DNA of 64,000 nt from assembly GCA_905178155.1 (NCBI GenBank), contig CAJINV010000010.1, positions 1,757,182 through 1,821,181 on the forward strand, read 5' to 3'. The notes beneath the pieces are model-generated. The model saw only the letters and a list, made by a program, of their open reading frames with translations. It did no database searches and was not told the DNA's origin. The position numbers were made by a program, and so were the translations under genes. Within the stretch, counting starts at the first letter, position 1, and each line of letters starts with the position of its first letter. Shown piece after piece: positions 58,801 to 64,000 of this stretch. This DNA comes from Amoebophrya sp. A120. Taxonomy: Eukaryota > Protista > Dinoflagellata.

Positions 58801-61579
58801 GTAGCTGCTCCTGCTGATAGTACTCCTGAATTAGGATTCTCTTTCTCCACAATGTTTGAATTTCTTCCTCCATTACTGGCACCGCTCAACGCCAACACCA
58901 ACTTGGAGACAAATTCTGCGCCCGCAACCGCCGCGGACAAAGTAGGACCAGCCGTTTTCTTCACTTCCGAAATGCGTTTGCTTGCTTTCTGCAGTGTCTG
59001 CGTGATTCGCTGGTGGTCGACTTTCGGGAGGTGTAGCGGAAAAATTTCGTTTCCCGGAGGCCGGACGGTTGTCACGGTGACGACCTCCACAGGCTGCTGT
59101 TGTATGAGAGTGTAGAGTCCCTCTCTTCATGATTTGTCATGCAAAATACCAAATCCAAGTGCTGGCTTGTGGCACTGTTTGCATGACAAATTTCGGAAGC
59201 CCAAGAACCAGTACTACACTACGCACATGAACCTGTCGTGCGCACGACCAGGCTCCACGTGTGCTAGTGTTTGTATTGCTGTTCATGCCATACAAATGAG
59301 GGGGAGGGGGACGAGTTGTGTACTCTCGTATGCTGAGAAGTGGAGTTACTCGCACTCGGACTCGGACTTGACGGAGGACCACCCGCGGAGTCGGGAGGGA
59401 CGCAATGAGCCTGGAGAGGAAAAGATCGAGAAGGGTTAAAGTAGTTTTTCTACACTTCTAATAGCAGACCATGACCAAGAACACCATTATATAATGGTTT
59501 ATTTTTCGACGTAGACAACCATCCGACAGGATCAACCAAGCATATGGACATCATCAATATTATAGGTTCCATCTATGATGATCTGTTTTGTTCACAAACA
59601 AGACCATGAAGATTCTATGTAGAAGACGTTTCGTAATCGTACACTCAATCTCAAAGCTATGCTTACCTGGCTCAAAAGCGGAACGATCGTTTTCCCCTCG
59701 TGTCCACCTATCACGTCCACCACTATGGATTCCATCGGCAGGGTTCTGGCACTACACGCTGAAGGCGGAGGAGGAACACCATCCGCACTTGCAGTTCCGC
59801 TAGAGCCTGTTGTTCCGGCGTTTTTGCTCGGAGAAGAAGCAGTTGCACCAGAACCAGAAGAACTCGAAAATAAATAGTAGTCCTGCAGCAGCCTTTTCGC
59901 CCGAATCACGTCCAGCGTGGTTACCCCGAGCAGCTTATGGGAGTGTCAGGTTTGAAATCGACAAAGTTGAAATGATTTGCCATGCATGAAATCGATACCA
60001 GTCGGAAGCCCAATTTTCAAGAAGCGGCGCATGAAAAATTTCGGCCATGTCTAAATCCAGTTTGTCATGCTGTTTTGGGACAGAAGGCGTCTTTTGTCAT
60101 GCTACTTCAGCGGCTCTACCGCAGACCCCAAACAGGCTGACAGTCGGCCTCACTTGCCGCCCCTGCAAGAGAGGCACTTGATGCCTTTCAATTTATGCAT
60201 GAGAAATTATTTCAACTCTGACGATTTCAATCCTGACGCTTCCATACAGCTTTCGCGGATCGTAGACCCCGTGAAACTATGAAGTGCGAACATGGTATCG
60301 CACTCGTATCAAGTCATGCATTACAAATTTCCTCAGCATGAGAAATCAAATCTGTAATGCTGATCTACCTTAAGAAAAAGATTTGTAATGCATGATTACA
60401 TTTACAATGAATACGAGTACGGTACTTTTGCACAGGATAGAAACTTCAGCACTTCGGAGACAATCGCCACCTTTTGCGCTAGGAATTCTCGATCGGACAA
60501 GATGCAAACCACTATCGCAAGAAAAAAAACTGTCTCAGTCTCAACTTGCAATGCGGAATTTCCTCGAGACACTTTTTTGTCATGCTCGATATGCAGCTAG
60601 AGCGAACAAGAAACGCGTCCTCCATAATGCGTTTTCCCTACGTGATGTGTCTGACACATCACAGGTAGTTCTTTTGCGTGTCATGCTGAGGTAATTTGTA
60701 TTGCTGTTCTTGCAAAGGTTTGAGAAAACTGACATTGAGACAGTTCTTTCTTACGATAACCACCGGCCTGGATGCACTACCGTGCATGGCAATGGCCTCC
60801 GACAACTGTTTGATGATTTTCGCGTTCATGGTCATTAACTGGTCCCGGGACACATTTGGCAAGTGCGTCACTCCCGCAGCAATCACGACAATGTCGGCAT
60901 TTTGTAGCGCCTTCTGGATGTTGCGCATGCCGGCGTACGAGGAGACCTTTGTGGAAATTTGGATGATGATGCTGATGTATAATCAGTGCTGTTCTGATAG
61001 ATAAATTGTAGTTCTTGAAAGATGGATACGGAAAGGAGATGGATAATGATATGGTACGCTGCTCTTAGAGAATAAACCACTCGAGAACTCTACGTCGAAA
61101 CATGTGCCTCTGCATCCGGCGAGGAGAAGCACTTTCTCGATGAAAGCACGTTTTTGCATATGTGCATGATCAAGAGCAAATCATGTACGTTTTTGCATCC
61201 GGTGTGTAGCTGAGATAGCTCCAGCGCCAGGCCCTCGGTTGTGTCGTTGTGAACGTCGAATATTCGGTATCCATAGGGAATTCTCCGTAGAACTACACGC
61301 AGACGTACTTACAAAAACAAAGAAATCTAAATTATGCGGCTTCTGCATGACAAAGACAAACGTTTCGATTGTTCGATCCGACTCCGCACGACAAATGGTG
61401 TGGTAAGTACCTACAAGTTGGCGTTGGGGGCGAAATTTGTGATGCATTTTGTACGTCGTGTCGTTGTACAGGAGATTTGTATTGCATATTCGCAGCTCCG
61501 TAATTCTCTCGTTCGCCTGGAGCAGAAGGCAAAGTGGCTGCCCCACGCTACCGGCCCCGCCGAGAACCGTGACGCGCAT
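49900..61579 (-). CDS. mdh: Divergent NAD-dependent malate dehydrogenase-like domain plus ~1,100-aa low-complexity C-terminal extension
   Basis: MRVTVLGGAGSVGQPLCLLL; ALQNADIVVIAAGV; GVYDPRKLLGVTTLDVIRA; VIGGHEGKTIVPLLSQ; AGPTLSAAVAGAEFVSKL; MPVLLGADGV. The MDH core spans ~57910-61579. The frame continues through the junctions checked to TGA at 49900. Confidence 0.8.
50093..50506. mobile_element. Introner family E with a nested 118-bp insertion
   Basis: TIR; TSD tgggt; insert 50179-50296 flanked by 17-bp duplication ACGAGTCACGCATGACA. Confidence 0.9.
50555..50861. mobile_element. Introner family D-like
   Basis: TATGA.AGCCTCAGAA.GGAAAT TIR; TSD cgaca. Confidence 0.88.
51342..51470. mobile_element. 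Short introner
   Basis: TATCCACA.AAAAAA / TTTTTTCTGTGGATA; TSD ttcct. Confidence 0.85.
51751..51921. mobile_element. Introner family F
   Basis: TIR; TSD cgtac/cgttc. Confidence 0.85.
51974..52281. mobile_element. Introner family B-like (degenerate)
   Basis: TAT..ATA; TSD gctgg. Confidence 0.78.
52341..52612. mobile_element. Introner family B
   Basis: TIR; TSD cctcc/cctcg. Confidence 0.88.
52877..53252. mobile_element. Introner family B with a family A introner nested in its terminal repeat
   Basis: Outer TSD ctccg; inner element 53094-53242 with TSD gcatt. Confidence 0.88.
53094..53242. mobile_element. Introner family A (nested)
   Basis: TIR; TSD gcatt. Confidence 0.9.
53293..53501. mobile_element. 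Introner family G
   Basis: TIR; TSD gaaac. Confidence 0.88.
53518..53752. mobile_element. Introner family C
   Basis: TIR; TSD tcctc/tcttc. Confidence 0.88.
53824..54087. mobile_element. Introner family B
   Basis: TIR; TSD tccag. Confidence 0.9.
54279..54433. mobile_element. Introner family A
   Basis: TIR; TSD tcgta. Confidence 0.9.
54499..54767. mobile_element. Introner family B
   Basis: TIR; TSD ttcat. Confidence 0.9.
54887..55124. mobile_element. Introner family C
   Basis: TIR; TSD gcact/gcgct. Confidence 0.88.
56067..56284. mobile_element. Introner (minor family)
   Basis: TAT..GAGAAAAGT / ACTTTTCTC..ATA; TSD gatcc. Confidence 0.85.
56470..56643 (-). other. Probable canonical GT-AG intron (174 bp, frame-preserving)
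   Basis: CCG|GTATAG ... pyrimidine tract CCTTCAG|GTC; AT-rich interior. Confidence 0.6.
56708..56837. mobile_element. Introner family A
   Basis: TIR; TSD aagcg. Confidence 0.88.
56905..57053. mobile_element. Introner family A
   Basis: TIR; TSD aattt. Confidence 0.9.
57231..57544. mobile_element. Introner (minor family)
   Basis: TGAAAAA.GCCCCC..CCCATATC / GATATGGG..GGGGGCATTTTTCA; TSD gcttt. Confidence 0.85.
57619..57849. mobile_element. Introner family C
   Basis: TIR; TSD gcttt. Confidence 0.9.
57948..58125. mobile_element. Introner family H
   Basis: TAT..ATA; TSD cgtct/cgtcg. Confidence 0.8.
58179..58508. mobile_element. Degenerate introner
   Basis: TATCCACTGCAAAAGTAG / TTTGCAACGCATA; removal restores the MDH C-terminal helix. 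Confidence 0.7.
59103..59330. mobile_element. Introner family C
   Basis: TIR; TSD tgttg/tgctg. Confidence 0.85.
59411..59666 (-). other. Canonical GT-AG intron in the MDH-like gene
   Basis: CAG|GTAAGC ... TTTTCCTCTCCAG|G. Confidence 0.75.
59936..60246. mobile_element. Introner family D
   Basis: TIR; TSD cagct; removal gives DPRKL-LGVTTLD. Confidence 0.9.
60278..60439. mobile_element. Introner family A
   Basis: TIR; TSD gaaac. Confidence 0.88.
60513..60758. mobile_element. Introner family G
   Basis: TATCG.AAGAAA..AACTGTCTCA TIR; TSD accac. Confidence 0.88.
61268..61488. mobile_element. Introner family H-like
   Basis: TAT..ATA; TSD ttcgg/ttcgc; removal gives ITELR-IFD. Confidence 0.8.
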
Positions 61580-62576
61580 TCTTCTGTGTTGCAAGAATGT
61601 AGTGAGTAGCAAGTACTATTGAATGCCGGGTCGCCAGAACGGAGGCCGAGGCACCAGAATGTTTCTCGGAATTTAATCCTGGTGGTTGTACGGATCTTCG
61701 TCTTCCCTGTTCTTTTGCACGACTCTTTCCTTCTAGCAGCTGTCTGTACTTGTACAACAGCGAAGCAAATCAACTTCGGCGCCACGCCCTCAGGAGCAGC
61801 CGTGCCAAGTAGTAATGCTGCTGACTCACATCACGAATAATCGAAAGAAGGCTTGTTTGGGTTTGTGATCCAATCATTATTTGCAGCAAAAATTGTAACG
61901 CCACTCGATATCTCTATCTCATCTCTCCACCAGCTGGACGAAAGAGAGCTCTGCGATTTGCGGCGATTATGTTCTTGCTCTCGTCCTTGCCTGGCAATTT
62001 TTACCAACTACGTCGGACGCTAAGTATTACACGACCACGCGGCGGCCAAGTACTTCTACTTCTTCCCAAACGAGGAAGGTAAAGATTGCTCTCATGTAGA
62101 ACACTCCGCAATAGCAAACTCGCTCGTCATGTTGTACCCAGAACTGCTAGAACGAAGAAGTAATTGTAGCTACTGAAATGTCATAGTCATTCACGAAAAT
62201 GAAAAAGGAGTTCTACGCAGAGGACGCCCCTGTAGTTACCAGGTCGGTGGTACTACTTTGAGAATGGCCACCAGTTTCTCGAAGCAGCCACTGAACTTGA
62301 GCGAAACAGGCAGAACAAGTCGGGGAACATGGAAGGCGTAACATTTTGAAAGAGAAGTGCTGTCGCCGTTTCTTGCACGCACGGTAACGGTATGATCGGC
62401 ATCACGTAGATTCTAGTCCTTCATCGAAACAGGAAAAATATTTTTTTCGTCGAACATCAAGCCGCGCAGCTGAATCATACAAAGCTTGAACAACATCTGT
62501 TCTTGAATCTGATCTTCGTCCGAGCTCTTGCATCGGTGATGCGCCAAGAGTCTGCTGGCAAAATCTTCTTCCCCGC

Positions 62577-64000
62577 CTACACCTCTACCCTCGCCAATCG
62601 CGTATGCCAGCCGTGGGCAGCAAAATACTTCTCCATCAGTTCCTCCGCGGCTGCCTTGTACCCTGAAGCCGCTTTGTCACCACTCAATTTCGCCGCGTGC
62701 GCAAGCAACTTCACCTGCAAACGCGAAAACGCAAATTTTTCTTCGTTCATCCCCGGGATCGTATCCAAGAAAAAAAATTGCGTTTGTGAGGCAGAAATGA
62801 ATGCAGAACAGAACTACACGACGACGACACTTTTCGTGCAAGACAGCCCCTGCCCCAGACTCCTCTTTTCTTCATCACATGTGGTTACTTTAAAACATAG
62901 GCTAGCTACGCTTTTCACAGAACAAGTTTGTCATGCTGTTCTTGCTGTCAGCCCAGTAAGAGCGTTACACTAGCACAGTTCATTTTTCTTGGATAAACGG
63001 GGCCAGGGAAGGTTTTCGGGGGCTTCTGTTCCAGCCAGTGGCCGGGTCTGAAGGACGAAGAAGCTTTCGGCTTTGGCACTTGATGTTGCGCGGAGTTATT
63101 CAGAACGGAGGTGGATGCTGCTGCTGCACCAATACGTCCTCGTGGAGCTGGTGCACCTCCACCACCTGCTGTCGTTCTTGGAACTATCTTGTCGGTGAGC
63201 AAAACATTCCGCAGTATGTCGGGTTGCAAATGCTGTTTCCGGAACCTCCGTGCTTGGTTCAAAAACTTGGTCGGGCGGATTCTCGAGAGAGAGGTAGTGC
63301 TGGCGGAGTTTGCTTTAGTACTATAATTCGTTGTGGAATTTATTTGGTGAAGATGCTGGTCGTGCTGCTCCAGAGCGGGCTCGTGGAGGTGCACGACAAG
63401 GCTGTCGCTGGTGTCACCCTCCACCATCTCCACCGCAAGATGCGCAAAGTCTTCCAGAAACCCGGTAATTCTCGGCACCGGGGTTGCGAAGTACATGTCT
63501 TCAAAGACCCGCTTCGCGTGGATATTGTGGCGACTGATCGAAGGAGTTGTCAGCTCCCCAAGGCTATGCATTTTTGCAAAAGTCCCGCAATCGTAGTGAT
63601 TGCAGTCATGGATGACAGATCTATTTTTGTACGCTAACCAGCAACATTACAAATTCCATTTTTCACGCTGACCAAATTTGTAATGCGAGGATTTGAACTT
63701 CTACTAGTACGATACTTTTGCAGTGGATAAGCTTCGTCCATCTCCAGGTCTAGATGATCCAGAAAAATCTTCCCCTCCGCCCCAAAAATCCCCCGCAGGA
63801 ATCCTTCCGGCAAGAGCCGCAGGGGTAGGAAAAGAAGATGCTTGCGCTTCTCCTGCGTCAGTTTCTGTTTCGCTTTCAGGAGCGTGGCTGTTTTGCCGAT
63901 GTTTGTCATGTCGCCAAACAAGCTGGCTGTGCGTGACGGAGAAGCAGAGTCGTCTTGTTGTGCTGGTCCTTGCTGGTCAATCGTTACCATTTCGGAGATC
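62577..64000 (-). CDS. Uncharacterised protein, 5' part outside window
   Basis: Minus ORF pieces 63730-64000, 62996-63564 and 62577-62761 are separated by introners. Confidence 0.6.
62762..62995. mobile_element. Introner family G-like
   Basis: TATCCAAGAAAAA / TTTTTCTTGGATA. Confidence 0.78.
63565..63729. mobile_element. Introner family A (degenerate)
   Basis: GCAAAAGT / ACTTTTGC TIR; TAT..ATA. Confidence 0.8.

Noticed and set aside
849-63729. Recurrent peptide motifs (CKSIVLV, YEYDTFAQD, LPDPDIF, QKYRTR) as a protein family
   Set aside because: They are translations of introner TIRs in arbitrary frames, not proteins.
131-63990. Plus-strand ORFs as genes
   Set aside because: They are mostly antisense shadows of minus-strand exons or repeat-derived; none shows a recognisable domain.

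Overview
Eukaryotic (non-prokaryotic) genomic DNA. The architecture strongly resembles the parasitic marine dinoflagellate Amoebophrya (Syndiniales); this taxon is an inference from architecture, not from a search. All recognisable genes are on the minus strand. They are: an unknown protein, a thioredoxin/PDI-like protein (WCPHC), a voltage-gated K+ channel, a Trk/HKT-type cation transporter, a divergent malate-dehydrogenase-like domain apparently fused in frame to a ~1,100-aa low-complexity tail, and several unknowns. Coding sequences are interrupted by about 85-90 short (110-330 bp) transposon-like non-canonical introns (introners) of at least 8 families. Nearly all begin TAT and end ATA, carry terminal inverted repeats (TIRs), are usually flanked by a 5-bp direct repeat (TSD) and share an internal GCAT(G/T/C)ACAAA motif. 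Where checked by hand, removing the element plus one repeat copy restores the reading frame, with no GT-AG requirement and in either element orientation. Several introners host nested insertions: a 2.3-kb TIR element with an 8-bp TSD, a ~5.6-kb satellite-bearing insert, a 118-bp insert with a 17-bp TSD, and another introner. A few canonical GT-AG introns coexist. There is an assembly gap at 20261-21174. Coordinates were read by eye and may be off by a few bases.
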